IMG/VR virus record: IMGVR_UViG_3300032046_005540
Span: 1-64,000 of that record
Direction: 5' to 3' (one strand)
DNA from: a virus
Length of the DNA: 64,000 nt
In this document: piece by piece, positions 37,930 to 48,394 of the stretch
Numbering within the stretch: the stretch's first letter is position 1
Layout: the number at the start of each line of letters is the position of its first letter
Program-made: the position numbers and the translations under genes
Notes under the pieces: model-generated
What the model saw: only the letters and a program-made list of their open reading frames with translations
Database searches by the model: none
Told to the model about the DNA's origin: nothing

Positions 37930-38328
37930 TTATTCTCCTTTTTTATCTTTTTCTCCTATTATTCTAAGAGTATCCCTTTCATAATTTAACTCTTCAGATA
38001 ATCTAAATAACTCTCCAGTTTCTATTCCTATTTTATGTTTATCTTCTTCTTTAGGTACTTTTATTATTATTTTTGCGTAATATTGCCCAAGTATTTCTAT
38101 TTCTATAACAAAATGATTATATCCATTTTTAAGTAATAAGTCGTATAACCTTTTTATTTCCCCTTCCATTGAATATTCACAAATACAATTCATCTCATGC
38201 CCACAGGAACTACATGTTTCAAATCCATTATTACGTAATAATTTAACTAAAGGTTGAATTGGTTTTTCAATAAATGTCTCATACCATTCAGGAGTATCTT
38301 CAGGTATTCCATAATATTCTTTATTCAT
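37930..38328 (-). CDS. Stand-alone 'T..SCGH' domain protein
   Basis: IEKPIQPLVKLLRNNGFETCSSCGHEM...GEIKRLYDLL..GY. Confidence 0.55.
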   Translation of the reverse strand: MNKEYYGIPEDTPEWYETFIEKPIQPLVKLLRNNGFETCSSCGHEMNCICEYSMEGEIKRLYDLLLKNGYNHFVIEIEILGQYYAKIIIKVPKEEDKHKIGIETGELFRLSEELNYERDTLRIIGEKDKKGE

Positions 38329-38498
38329 TTTTTCACATTATCCTTTCCTTATATTACAGCTTTGATCTAATTCTCTTATTCCTCCAAAAGGGCAATAAAC
38401 TATTCCTTCCTTTTTATTTATATTTTCTAATGGAAGATGAGGACAGTTTTTACACATTCCTCTAAACAATGGTCTAAATTTTGAGACTTTTTCTTTCT

Positions 38499-39146
38499 TC
38501 ATAAATCCTTCTTTAAATATTTCTTCAAAAACTTTTTAATTATATTAACTGGAATTATAAAACAGATATGATCCACATCAATATTTTTTCCTGTAGTTCC
38601 AGTTTCACACGCAATTCCTATTAATTGATTATTTTTTACTAAATAAACACCACTTCCACTACTTCCATCTGTTACTGGAGAAGTTACAATCCATCTATTA
38701 TCTTCTTGTTCATTAACTCTTGAAACATATCCAGATGTTACAATTGGAGAATATCCTAAACTACATCCACATGCATATACTTTATTAAAAATATGAATAT
38801 CTGTTAATTTCCCAGAATAAAAACAAACACTTGAATGATTTGTATCTAAATAAAGTTTTAAAAGAGCAAGATCTAATTTTTTATTATATCCAACTATTTC
38901 TACATCTTTAATAACTTCTTCTTCAACTGCACACCAATTCCCATATCTAAAAAATGTTACTTTAATACTTTTACTTTCTATTGAACTCGAAATAACATGG
39001 TAATTGGTAAGAATATAAATTTCATACTGATCTTCTTTTTTCTTGGAAGAAATTACAACACCAGAACCATTAACTTTTTTAGTTCCTATCATTACTGAAG
39101 GATATAAAATATTATAATATAATCTTTTAGTTCTTTCACTGATCAC
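38499..39146 (-). CDS. Trypsin-like serine protease (S1)
   Basis: GSGVVI, ILTNYHVI, DLALLKL and GSSGSG catalytic motifs. Confidence 0.85.
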   Translation of the reverse strand: MISERTKRLYYNILYPSVMIGTKKVNGSGVVISSKKKEDQYEIYILTNYHVISSSIESKSIKVTFFRYGNWCAVEEEVIKDVEIVGYNKKLDLALLKLYLDTNHSSVCFYSGKLTDIHIFNKVYACGCSLGYSPIVTSGYVSRVNEQEDNRWIVTSPVTDGSSGSGVYLVKNNQLIGIACETGTTGKNIDVDHICFIIPVNIIKKFLKKYLKKDL

Positions 39147-39459
39147 AAGTATCCTCTTTTTTATTTATTTTTATATATGGGAATGTTTTTTCTTCTTTGC
39201 TTTCTTTAAAAAATCCTTTTGTTAATTTTTCAACTAATTCTACAATTTTAGCATCTTCATTACTTATTTTTTCATCGTTCAATATCACTTTTTTAAGAGC
39301 TCTTATAGAAACTCCTTCTTGTATTAAAGAATAAAATAAATTTTTTACCCTATCTTCCACATCTCTTGAAATTTCACCAAGTAATTTAAATTGTTCTTTA
39401 AAACATTCTTCCCTTATTTTACTTTCTAATTCTTGTTCTGGAGTTGGAAACATTGACAT
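39136..39459 (-). CDS. Hypothetical protein
   Basis: ORF with AGGAG RBS. Confidence 0.45.
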   Translation of the reverse strand: MSMFPTPEQELESKIREECFKEQFKLLGEISRDVEDRVKNLFYSLIQEGVSIRALKKVILNDEKISNEDAKIVELVEKLTKGFFKESKEEKTFPYIKINKKEDTCDQ

Positions 39460-39785
39460 ATTTTCTCCTTATTCTTTAGATAAAATTCCAGTTCCTTTAC
39501 ATAATTCGCATGGATATCTTCTATAACGAATATATGGATTGTTTATAGCAATATAATAAAATCCTTTTCCGTGGCAATTTGAACATTTATTTTTCAACTT
39601 ATCTACTTCAACTTTAAACTGAGACATTTTTTTCCTCTATTGGAGATAATATAAAAGCTCTTTCCTTTTGATGTTTAAATCTATTTGTTGCTCTTTTTCT
39701 TTGGTCTTTTTTCCTTCTTCTTTTCTCTGATTTTACATGAGAGCTAAAGTGACTCATTTTTTATCCTCCACAATTTGAAAATCTT

Positions 39786-40229
39786 TTAAAAATATTTGTT
39801 TAAAATTTTTTCTACTTTCCAATATCGTTTTTTAATTTTAGAAATAAAAAGAAACATTTCAGTATCAAACTCTTGAGGAGTATAACAAAAACAATCAAAA
39901 AATATATCTTCGTCAAGATCTCCATAATAGTTTAATAAATCTTCATTCTTTGGAGGAACAGATGGAATACCTCCAATATTAAAAATAAAAGTATCTATAT
40001 ATTTTCTCCGTTCATTTTCATCTTTACCTTTAAAATCATCAGATATTACAGCAATATCAATATCTCCCCACTCCGCAAACTTTCGCTTTTTAAGATTAAG
40101 AAATGAACCAAATAAATAAATTTTTTCTATTTTCATGTTTAATAGCAATACCTCACGAAATTTAAAAATTTTGTCTATTGCTTTTAAATTTTTTCGTTTA
40201 GTTTCTGATGTAAGTAAATATGGTTTCAT
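39786..40229 (-). CDS. Minimal nucleotidyltransferase (MNT-like)
   Basis: IYLFGSF...GDIDIAVISDDF...D.FCYTPQEF. Confidence 0.8.
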   Translation of the reverse strand: MKPYLLTSETKRKNLKAIDKIFKFREVLLLNMKIEKIYLFGSFLNLKKRKFAEWGDIDIAVISDDFKGKDENERRKYIDTFIFNIGGIPSVPPKNEDLLNYYGDLDEDIFFDCFCYTPQEFDTEMFLFISKIKKRYWKVEKILNKYF

Positions 40230-40245
40230 TATATATTATACACTA

Positions 40246-40986
40246 TTATTCTTTCAAAAGAGTATTTAAAGATTCATAATTCGTTTTTATTTTGTTTGAG
40301 TAAACTTCTGCGTTTCCAGACCCATTATATAATTTAGCAAATGTTAAAAAGTCTTTATTTTGTAAAGCAAAACACATTTTAGTTCCTATACCTATAAAAT
40401 CAAACAATCCTATAATTTGAGATCTTAATTCTGTAGAAAAAACATCAAACATTTCTCTTTCTGATTTGTATCCAATCCTTTCAAAATTAAATCCCATTAT
40501 TTGAGGCATTCCCATACTTATAGAATCTATTGCAGCTTTTTCATTTAGATCTCGTGCAAATTTAAAAACTTCCCACTCTCCTCCCTGCCCCTGTTTGTGA
40601 AAATCTTTCCACAAATCATCTCCAAGTTTTCCTCGAAATAAATGGTTTGTCCAAGGCTTTTTCTTATCATAAGCAAAATGATCATTAAATAAAAATTCGT
40701 GACTTTTCCCCCAATACTTCCAAAATATATGATTTTCAAATCGAATAATCACTCTACAATCTTCAAAACCTTTTCCACTTGATTCAACACACAAAACTGA
40801 AGCAGCAATTGCAGGTTCTATATTAAGAGTTTTGCTCAAAACTTCTAACAACCCCCCATAATTATTCCATATTTTTGCAACAGAACTATTATCGTCTATT
40901 TTCTTTGTAGGAGGTAAACAAACATTTTGTAATTGAGAATTATTTTTTAAGAATTTTTGCATTTTACCTTCTTTCTTTATTTTCAT
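40246..40986 (-). CDS. Endolysin, N-acetylmuramidase (DUF3380-like)
   Basis: VESSGKGF...IRFENHIF...S.SMG.PQIMGFNF...F.TFAKLYNG.G...Y..K. Confidence 0.85.
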   Translation of the reverse strand: MKIKKEGKMQKFLKNNSQLQNVCLPPTKKIDDNSSVAKIWNNYGGLLEVLSKTLNIEPAIAASVLCVESSGKGFEDCRVIIRFENHIFWKYWGKSHEFLFNDHFAYDKKKPWTNHLFRGKLGDDLWKDFHKQGQGGEWEVFKFARDLNEKAAIDSISMGMPQIMGFNFERIGYKSEREMFDVFSTELRSQIIGLFDFIGIGTKMCFALQNKDFLTFAKLYNGSGNAEVYSNKIKTNYESLNTLLKE

Positions 40987-41152
40987 TTATAACAGTAACT
41001 GCTCCATTCATTAAAAGCTTCCAACAACCCCAAGCCCGATTTATGGAAAGAATAACCTCTTCAAGATACTTAATATATTCTGCATAACCCACTTCTTTTT
41101 CATTTATATAATAACCCATTTTAACTCCTAATTTTACCTAATTAGTTTTCTT

Positions 41153-41503
41153 TTAGTTCCTTTTTATATACAAAATTAAATCTGTAATTTTACAATTAAA
41201 TGACAATTCTTTTTTAAATAAAAATGTAGTATATCCTAAATCCTTAAAAATATATGTTTTACAAGGAATTAAAGTATTTGGAACTAATAGTCCTATATCA
41301 TTTACAATACAACAATCATATTCTACAATTTTTGCAGAATCAAATTCAGTAGTATAAGCTTTTACTTTAATAAAAGGTAATTCATCTCCTAAATACTTCC
41401 ATTCACAAGGAATTTGAATCCATTCTGGTTTTTGTAGGTTAATACTTTTAGAACAAGAACAAACTAAAAATACCAATAACAATAATACAATTACTTTTTT
41501 CAT
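41153..41503 (-). CDS. Putative lipoprotein
   Basis: MKK + hydrophobic core + LVCSC lipobox-like sequence. Confidence 0.55.
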   Translation of the reverse strand: MKKVIVLLLLVFLVCSCSKSINLQKPEWIQIPCEWKYLGDELPFIKVKAYTTEFDSAKIVEYDCCIVNDIGLLVPNTLIPCKTYIFKDLGYTTFLFKKELSFNCKITDLILYIKRN

Positions 41504-41531
41504 TTCCTTCTCCTTTAAATTGTTAAAAATT

Positions 41532-42080
41532 TTACCAATATTTAACTTTCTTTTTCTGCATTTTCTGAAACCTTTTTATAAGACTAAATATCTGTGATTC
41601 TTTAGATTTACAATCTTCACACCACATTTCTCTTGGAATTCCTTCTTCACATTCATAAATTCTATATGTTAATTGTAAAATAACTATTCTTTGCAGTGAA
41701 TTTAAATCAGAAGTGTCATAAAAACCAACAATAGGAGATTCTAACATTTTCTTTAATTTTTCAATAGCACATTGTTTCCTACACCTTGTTTCTTCTTGTA
41801 ATTCTTTTCGGGCGTCAAGTTTGTTTAAAAAATCATCTTTCTTTTCATCGTTTTCAAACATTTTCTACCCTAAAAATAAGTTTTAAGGAGACTCCCACCC
41901 AATAATTTGTTTACACTTATGACAAATTATAGCACAATATTTACGTTTTAGTCCAATAAAAAACCATCTTTTACTACGCTGCACTAATCCTCGCATAAAT
42001 TCAGGAAAAAGTTCTCCACATTTTGGGCATTCTTCTTTTGCATATGGTTTTCTTTGTAATAGTTCATATTCATTCAGCAT
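41532..42080 (-). CDS. Two small Cys-containing hypothetical proteins
   Basis: CxxC motifs (41532-41861, 41883-42080). Confidence 0.45.
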
Positions 42081-42369
42081 CTTCTATTCCTTGTGAGGGT
42101 CTTGGAAGTTTTGAAGAATCATTTTTTTGTGTTCCATTATCTTGAGAATTATATTTCGTTCCAATAAATACTTTTCCAATACTATAAGCAAGTAAACAAG
42201 TAATTAAACCTATTGTATTACTAGAAAGATCACCAGTCAAATATAATTGTCTCATAGAAATTACAAAAGTAATCCAAAATGCAACCCTTCCCATCGAAAC
42301 TTTTCCTTTTGAATCCTCTATCAAACATCTAAAATAATTGGTAAGTTTATTCATTGTTTTCCTTTTCAT
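42070..42369 (-). CDS. Holin-like two-TM protein
   Basis: GKVSMGRVAFWI plus a second TM segment; near the endolysin. Confidence 0.45.
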   Translation of the reverse strand: MKRKTMNKLTNYFRCLIEDSKGKVSMGRVAFWITFVISMRQLYLTGDLSSNTIGLITCLLAYSIGKVFIGTKYNSQDNGTQKNDSSKLPRPSQGIEDAE

Positions 42370-42591
42370 TCATTGGACAAATAACACCTTCATCATGGCA
42401 TTTTTCAAGCAATTTAAAAAAAGGTTGCTTAACTATAGCTTCAAATTTAGTTTTATTAACTATTTTTACATTATATTCTTCTTCCAAAAGAGTAATTAAT
42501 CCTTCATTCCCACCCCCAGAATCAAAAAATAAACAATCAAAACATTTTCCATATTCATCTTCATATTCCATACACATATATTTTTCCTCCT

Positions 42592-43194
42592 CTAAAAAAC
42601 TCCAAAACTATGTTGGTAATAAAGTCCCCAACTATTTTCTTTTAAAAATACTCCTAATATATTGTTTTTATACTGAATTCCAGGAAGTAAAAAAGGACCT
42701 TGTTCCTTTGAATATCCAAAACCCAAGTTCAACTTAAAATTCTTTTCTTTTCGTAAAGGAGTATAATTATCCCAATCAACAGAATACTTAATTCCAAGAT
42801 CTGGTTCAGTTCTTAAGTTGAAACCTTTACGAATATCATATTTATCTTTAATTTCAAGGAACAACTTCAAACTTCTATATTTAATATCAAATGTAAATTC
42901 TTCAGTTTGACTATTTGCCCAAACACCTAAATGAAAAAGAGGTTGATCGAATTCTCCGAAAAACCTTTTATACATATAAACAGTATCTCCATGAACCACT
43001 TTTATGTTTTCAATAGTATCAGATGATACTACAAACGAAGTATCTTTTTGAACTATTTCTATTTTAATAGTATCTGGAGGAGCTTTTGCATCTATAACTT
43101 TTTGTAAGTGAGAAACTTTAGCTTGGTAATAAACAAATACTCCAAATGCTAAAACAATTAAAAAAAGTATAAAGTAATTTTTTATTTTTGACAT
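42592..43194 (-). CDS. Membrane-anchored protein with C-terminal amphipathic beta strands (spanin-like candidate)
   Basis: N-terminal TM, DT-rich stalk, LNLGFGY...PGIQY...WGLYYQHSFGVF. Confidence 0.4.
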   Translation of the reverse strand: MSKIKNYFILFLIVLAFGVFVYYQAKVSHLQKVIDAKAPPDTIKIEIVQKDTSFVVSSDTIENIKVVHGDTVYMYKRFFGEFDQPLFHLGVWANSQTEEFTFDIKYRSLKLFLEIKDKYDIRKGFNLRTEPDLGIKYSVDWDNYTPLRKEKNFKLNLGFGYSKEQGPFLLPGIQYKNNILGVFLKENSWGLYYQHSFGVF

Positions 43195-43617
43195 TTATTC
43201 CTCTTGAGGACCTGCTGGAGCAGGATCACAATCATTTCTTTCCTCTTCTTTTGTTTTGTAAAAATCACTAAAGTCCTCTTTTACTCCTGTTTCTTCTACA
43301 AAACGATCCATAATCATATTTATCCATCCTAACTTTTGGTGACAACTTTTACAATAAATTTTATAGAATCTACCACACTTTTTACAGCGAGAAGGAAAAT
43401 CGAAAAAGGTAGGAAAGATTAATATTGAATGATGAAATAAAACTACTTTAACTTGAATCCATTGATTTTTCTTTTTCAATAATTCTTTATATTTTTCAAC
43501 CTTTGGGTAATGAACTTTGCTTTCTTTATTATTTTCTTTAAATCTAAATTCAACCGTTACTTGATTTTTAGAAACAACTATGTCTTTTACCAAAGCTTGC
43601 ATTATCATCTTATCCAC
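43195..43617 (-). CDS. Hypothetical protein with CxxC pairs
   Basis: ORF track. Confidence 0.45.
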   Translation of the reverse strand: MDKMIMQALVKDIVVSKNQVTVEFRFKENNKESKVHYPKVEKYKELLKKKNQWIQVKVVLFHHSILIFPTFFDFPSRCKKCGRFYKIYCKSCHQKLGWINMIMDRFVEETGVKEDFSDFYKTKEEERNDCDPAPAGPQEE

Positions 43618-43793
43618 TTAACTTTCCTCCTTTATATCAACTCTTCTTATTCTTATTTTTCCATTCACCATACATTGTAATCAAAGGGCCAGTATACTTT
43701 TTCTCTTTCTTAGATTTCTTTGGTTTCTTTTTCATTTTCTCTTTGCCTTTATCTTTACTTCCCATTTAAACCTCCTTTATACTTTACCAAACT

Positions 43794-44066
43794 TTACTCT
43801 TTCTCCTTCAAAGATTTCAGCTTATTTTCATAAGCATTCAAAACTACACTCTCTAACTTAACTCTTGTAGTAGTATTTATTGGATGAATAATATCCCTAA
43901 AAACTCCATCCTTACCTCTTTTGTTAGGCATCGCAACAAAAAGGTCTTCTGTTCCTTGAATAACTTTCATTCCATGAATGACAAATGCGTTATCAAATAC
44001 TACATCGACGAAAGCCTTAAGTTTCGGTTCGTCTCTCAACGTGATTTTTACTTCGGTGATTTCCAT
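43794..44066 (-). CDS. spoVG: SpoVG family nucleic-acid-binding regulator
   Basis: MEITEVKI...KLKAFV.V.FDNAFVIHGMKVI.G...LFVAMP.K...DG.FRDI.HPIN. Confidence 0.93.
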   Translation of the reverse strand: MEITEVKITLRDEPKLKAFVDVVFDNAFVIHGMKVIQGTEDLFVAMPNKRGKDGVFRDIIHPINTTTRVKLESVVLNAYENKLKSLKEKE

Positions 44067-44112
44067 TTGCTTTCTCCTTTTTTAAAATGTTTGTTTTTAA
44101 TATTTATAAACA

Positions 44113-44635
44113 CTATCTTTCTTTTCTAAATTTTTCTTTTCTAAATCTCCAACATTCCGGGCAAAATGTTTTTTTATCATCTTCCATATGCCAATGATTA
44201 TCATAAAGCCAAGATTCTATTGTTTTATTCTTTTCTTCTAACGAAGACCAAGAACCTATAACCTTACTTTCAAAAGCATGCCGAGAGCAATTCTTTCCAT
44301 CACATGTTACAATATAAAATTTACCTTCATATAATGACATTATTTATCTCCTCCTTTTCACTAATATAATACAATATTTTAAATACTATCTAACAACTTT
44401 TTTTCTTAAAAATTACCATATACAAAGCATATAAAGTAACTGCAACCCAAACTCCATTAAACAACCATACTGACCAAGCTTTTGCACAAATTCCTACAAC
44501 AATAAAAGAAAGCCCTCCTACTAATTGTAAAATAAGGTAAATACAATTTTGGGCAGTTAATTTCTTTTTCAACAAAAGAATATAAGCAACAAATAAAGAT
44601 AAAAAAGCAATCCAATTAAAAATACCAAAATTCAT
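44113..44635 (-). CDS. Zn-finger-like protein (44113-44340) and small three-TM membrane protein (44390-44635)
   Basis: CD..C...CPEC; three hydrophobic helices. Confidence 0.5.
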
Positions 44636-44766
44636 TAAAAACCTCCAAAAAGAAAGCCACGTAAAGCATAAATCGCGGCTTTTGTTAACTTCTTTATGTG
44701 CTTCACTTTACTACTCCTTCTCATCAACTTTCTTAATTGATTTAATCAAACTTTACAATAAAAACC

Positions 44767-45189
44767 TTAACTTTTTTCATCTTTTCTTACGATACGTCTT
44801 TCAAACTTTCCAAACCAATATAAAATAATAAAAGTTATAATACTTACAATTGTTGCTTCTACATAATAACCAAATCCTACCGCCATACCTACTATTCCAC
44901 ATATCCAAACACAAGCGGCAGTAGTAATCCCATGAACCGATCCTCTACTGTGTAAAATTACACCGGCCCCAATAAAACCTAACCCAGTTAATATATTACT
45001 TGCTATTTTTGTTACATCAGCACCATTACTACTAGCAAAACAAAAAGAAATATGAGCTGCAAGCATTGATCCTAAAACTATCAAAATATTAGTTCTTAAC
45101 CCAGCAGGCTTATGAAATAGTTCTCTTTCAAAACCAATCAAAGCCCCTAAAATAATTGCTATTAAAACTTTTAGAATAAAACTAAACAT
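44767..45189 (-). CDS. MgtC/SapB family membrane protein
   Basis: LGALIGFERE...KPAGLRTNILI.LGS...I.TGLGFIGAG.I...VHGITTAA.VW. Confidence 0.92.
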   Translation of the reverse strand: MFSFILKVLIAIILGALIGFERELFHKPAGLRTNILIVLGSMLAAHISFCFASSNGADVTKIASNILTGLGFIGAGVILHSRGSVHGITTAACVWICGIVGMAVGFGYYVEATIVSIITFIILYWFGKFERRIVRKDEKS

Positions 45190-45191
45190 TA

Positions 45192-46112
45192 CTATTCCTC
45201 TGGATAAAAATCTTCAATCTTTTGCCCTTTATCTGTAACAACTTCAACATTAGATATATTTTCATATATCTTATAAATTAATTCATCAAAATACATAACA
45301 TTATCTATCAACCCAAACCATAAGGCATCAGTTGCATCATATGTTCTTCCGTCACTTATATTTTCTAAATAATTCATTACTTTTTTATCGTTTGGTTTAC
45401 TTTGATTATATATTTCTGTATATGCTTGAATTAATTTTTTCCCCCGGCAATCAAAAATATATTGAAGAAATTCACGATATAATTTATTTATCTGATTTTG
45501 TAAAATTTCTTTTTCTTCTTCTGTTAACTTACTATGAGAAAAAAACATTGTTTTATTTTTTCCTGACTTGATCAAAATATATTTCACTCCAGACATTGAA
45601 TCAGAAACTGTTTCATCAACTCTCAAAGTAAAAACACCTATAGATCCAGTTTCTCCCGAAGGAGCTACAACTATTTTATTAGCAGTACAAGCAACCCAAT
45701 ATGCTCCTGAATATAAACCCTTTTCAGAATAAACTAAAAGACTTTTATTATATTTTCTCATTAAAACACTTATTTTATGAGTAGTTAATTTAGTCTCTAT
45801 AACATCTCCTCCATTAGACTCCGTCCATGCAATAACTCCAACACAATCTGACTTTTTAAATTCTTTCTCAATTTTATTTGCCCAATCTAAACTAACATCT
45901 CCTTCTAATTTTAAAACAACAATTTTATTTTTTTCTAAAAAAGGATTATTTAATATTAAAGGGTTGGTTGTAGATTGTGTAACAGAAACATTAGAAGTAG
46001 AATTAGCTGTAAATTGACAAATGCCCCAAAAACCTACAAAAGAAACAAAAAATACAAATAATACAATTAAATATTTTTCATTATTCGTTTTCTGTATCTT
46101 CATCTTTGTCAT
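45192..46112 (-). CDS. S49 (SppA-like) peptidase with N-terminal TM
   Basis: SNGG, SGAYWVA, TGSIGV, KSG..K, GR.Y.A..AL..GLID. Confidence 0.85.
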   Translation of the reverse strand: MTKMKIQKTNNEKYLIVLFVFFVSFVGFWGICQFTANSTSNVSVTQSTTNPLILNNPFLEKNKIVVLKLEGDVSLDWANKIEKEFKKSDCVGVIAWTESNGGDVIETKLTTHKISVLMRKYNKSLLVYSEKGLYSGAYWVACTANKIVVAPSGETGSIGVFTLRVDETVSDSMSGVKYILIKSGKNKTMFFSHSKLTEEEKEILQNQINKLYREFLQYIFDCRGKKLIQAYTEIYNQSKPNDKKVMNYLENISDGRTYDATDALWFGLIDNVMYFDELIYKIYENISNVEVVTDKGQKIEDFYPEE

Positions 46113-46959
46113 CTTCTTCTTCTCCTTCTACTTCTCTTTTTTCAAACAATTTTCGAGCGTCCTCTTTTTTCTTTTTTCTCATTTTTTCGCACTTTTCAGA
46201 AGTAAATTTTGGATCATATATAAATTGAAAACACTCTTTTTCAAGCCATCCATAAATACTATGTATTGGAATAAAATATCCCATATGAGTAATACTATCT
46301 CCCCATCCTATAACATTCATTCTGCTTGGAATTCCTATAAATAAATAGTCTTCTCCTTCTCCTTTTACTTCTTCCTCTTGCTTAATTAAAAATACTCCTC
46401 CCCCACTATTACCGTATATGATCAATCCGTTACTCATCCAATAAGGATGATTTTCCATTTCATCATCTTGAGATGTAATCTCTCCACGAGTGGGAATTGG
46501 AGAATGCCCAAGACTACAACCACACATATACACAGGATCAAAAATATGAATATTCTTTACATCATCTAAATATAATTTAGCAACATTTTTAACTTGTTCG
46601 TTTGATCTTAATTTTACTAAAGCAATATCTCTATCCCTATTATAAGTCATAATATCTGCTTCAATCGCAGTTCTTCCTACATTACGACTCATATTCTGAT
46701 ATTTATAAAATTCTACATTCACTGTTTTTCTTCTTTCTTTATCAATTCTTTTTGAAAGAAGAGGATCCCACTCTTTTTTAACAGATATTGCATCTTCAAT
46801 CACATGCCAGTTTGTTAAAATATATGTTTCATATTCTTCCGATCCCTTTTTTGTAGGCTTAGAATAAACAACAGTTCCACTTCCTCCCGCTTTATCAGTT
46901 TTAACGAGAGCAGAAACATATAAAATTTCTTCATGTTTCTTTTTTATATTATTGTTCAT
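46081..46959 (-). CDS. Trypsin-like serine protease (S1)
   Basis: GSGTVV, ILTNWHVI, DIALVKL, GNSGGG; paralogue of 38499-39146. Confidence 0.88.
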   Translation of the reverse strand: MNNNIKKKHEEILYVSALVKTDKAGGSGTVVYSKPTKKGSEEYETYILTNWHVIEDAISVKKEWDPLLSKRIDKERRKTVNVEFYKYQNMSRNVGRTAIEADIMTYNRDRDIALVKLRSNEQVKNVAKLYLDDVKNIHIFDPVYMCGCSLGHSPIPTRGEITSQDDEMENHPYWMSNGLIIYGNSGGGVFLIKQEEEVKGEGEDYLFIGIPSRMNVIGWGDSITHMGYFIPIHSIYGWLEKECFQFIYDPKFTSEKCEKMRKKKKEDARKLFEKREVEGEEEDDKDEDTENE

Positions 46960-46970
46960 AATTTCTCCTT

Positions 46971-48335
46971 TTACTTTTCTAAAATTTCATTTGCTTGTTC
47001 AACTAAAGGTTTGTCAATGTCATAAATATAAGGATTTTTTGTTTCTGGAGCATCTTGTAAATTAAGATGATATCTCCAACTTAAACCTTTTCTTTCATGA
47101 ACTCCAGCAAAAATTTGTTTAGCATCAGAAGATAAAAATAATTTACCAATCGAATATTCATCTCCTCCAATAACACTTCCATTTAAAACAATTTCCCCTT
47201 TTATTTTATCTAAAGTTCCAGCATTATGAAAATGCCCTAAACAAACATAATCAACTTTTATTTTCCTTGAATAAAACAATTCTTGAAATCGTGAAACCAT
47301 TCTTTGAATCCCATACCATGGAATTCCCGCCCAAGAATGTATATTATCTCCATGTAAAAATAAAAATGTTTTCCCTGAAATTTCTTTTAAAGACCAAAAA
47401 CTTTTAGGTAAATTAAACTTAATATTTTTTTGATTTCTTAAAAGTAAACTTAACATTATATAAGTAACATAATCCCAATTTACATATCTATTTTTATAAC
47501 GAATTTCTTTAGTCATTCTCCCATGATTCCCTACAACCCCAACAAATTCAATTTCTGGAAATACTTGGGCTAATTCTAACATAAATTGAGCAACTACCAA
47601 AGCAGTTCCCGAAGTCCATTCTATAGGAGTATTTTCAGCAGTTTCAACCAGTTCTCCATGAATTAATCCAGTTACAAAATCTCCTAAACCTCCTATTACA
47701 AGTTTTGGAAACTCATATCCACGAAGCTTATTTTGAGATATATCCATAATAGATTCGGCTAAATATTTTAATCTATTTTTCATTATTTCAAAGTTATAAG
47801 AATTGAATCCTCCAGTTTCATCTGCACGAACTACTTCTCCACTATGCAAATCAGATAAAAGTAATAAAGCAGTTTCTTTCGTTCTTTCAACTTTAAAAGA
47901 TTTTAAGGTAGGAACTTTTACAGTAGGTAAAGCAGAAATAGTTTGATGTAAAACATTTAAAATACTTTCTTGAAGATTTGAAGTTTTATTAGCAACAATA
48001 TATTTTCTTTGAACAATTTCTAATTGTGTTTTTAATCTTTGAATTTCTCTATCTTTTGTAACAATAATATCAATTTTTTCTGGAGGAGTTTCAACAACTT
48101 CTTTTTCGATTATCTTTTGTAATTCTTCACGGGCTTCTTTTGACTTCTTAGATTCACAATTAGCATATGAAATACCTAAACGGCCTAATTTATTAGTGAG
48201 GGAAATTAAAGTTCTGTTGTTTCCAAATTTCTTATTTAAATCAGTAATAAAATCTAATGGATGAACTTTTTCACTAATTTTTTGCTTTGCAAAATTAACT
48301 TCTTCAGAGGTCCAATCAAATGACTTATTTATCAT
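46971..48335 (-). CDS. Calcineurin-like metallophosphoesterase with N-terminal helical/coiled-coil region
   Basis: SDLHSG, LGD, GNHGR, HGD and GHFH motifs. Confidence 0.85.
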   Translation of the reverse strand: MINKSFDWTSEEVNFAKQKISEKVHPLDFITDLNKKFGNNRTLISLTNKLGRLGISYANCESKKSKEAREELQKIIEKEVVETPPEKIDIIVTKDREIQRLKTQLEIVQRKYIVANKTSNLQESILNVLHQTISALPTVKVPTLKSFKVERTKETALLLLSDLHSGEVVRADETGGFNSYNFEIMKNRLKYLAESIMDISQNKLRGYEFPKLVIGGLGDFVTGLIHGELVETAENTPIEWTSGTALVVAQFMLELAQVFPEIEFVGVVGNHGRMTKEIRYKNRYVNWDYVTYIMLSLLLRNQKNIKFNLPKSFWSLKEISGKTFLFLHGDNIHSWAGIPWYGIQRMVSRFQELFYSRKIKVDYVCLGHFHNAGTLDKIKGEIVLNGSVIGGDEYSIGKLFLSSDAKQIFAGVHERKGLSWRYHLNLQDAPETKNPYIYDIDKPLVEQANEILEK

Positions 48336-48394
48336 TTATTTACCTCCTTTTTTCAGCTTTCATAATAAAATACAAAAGTTTACAATGAAAATAA

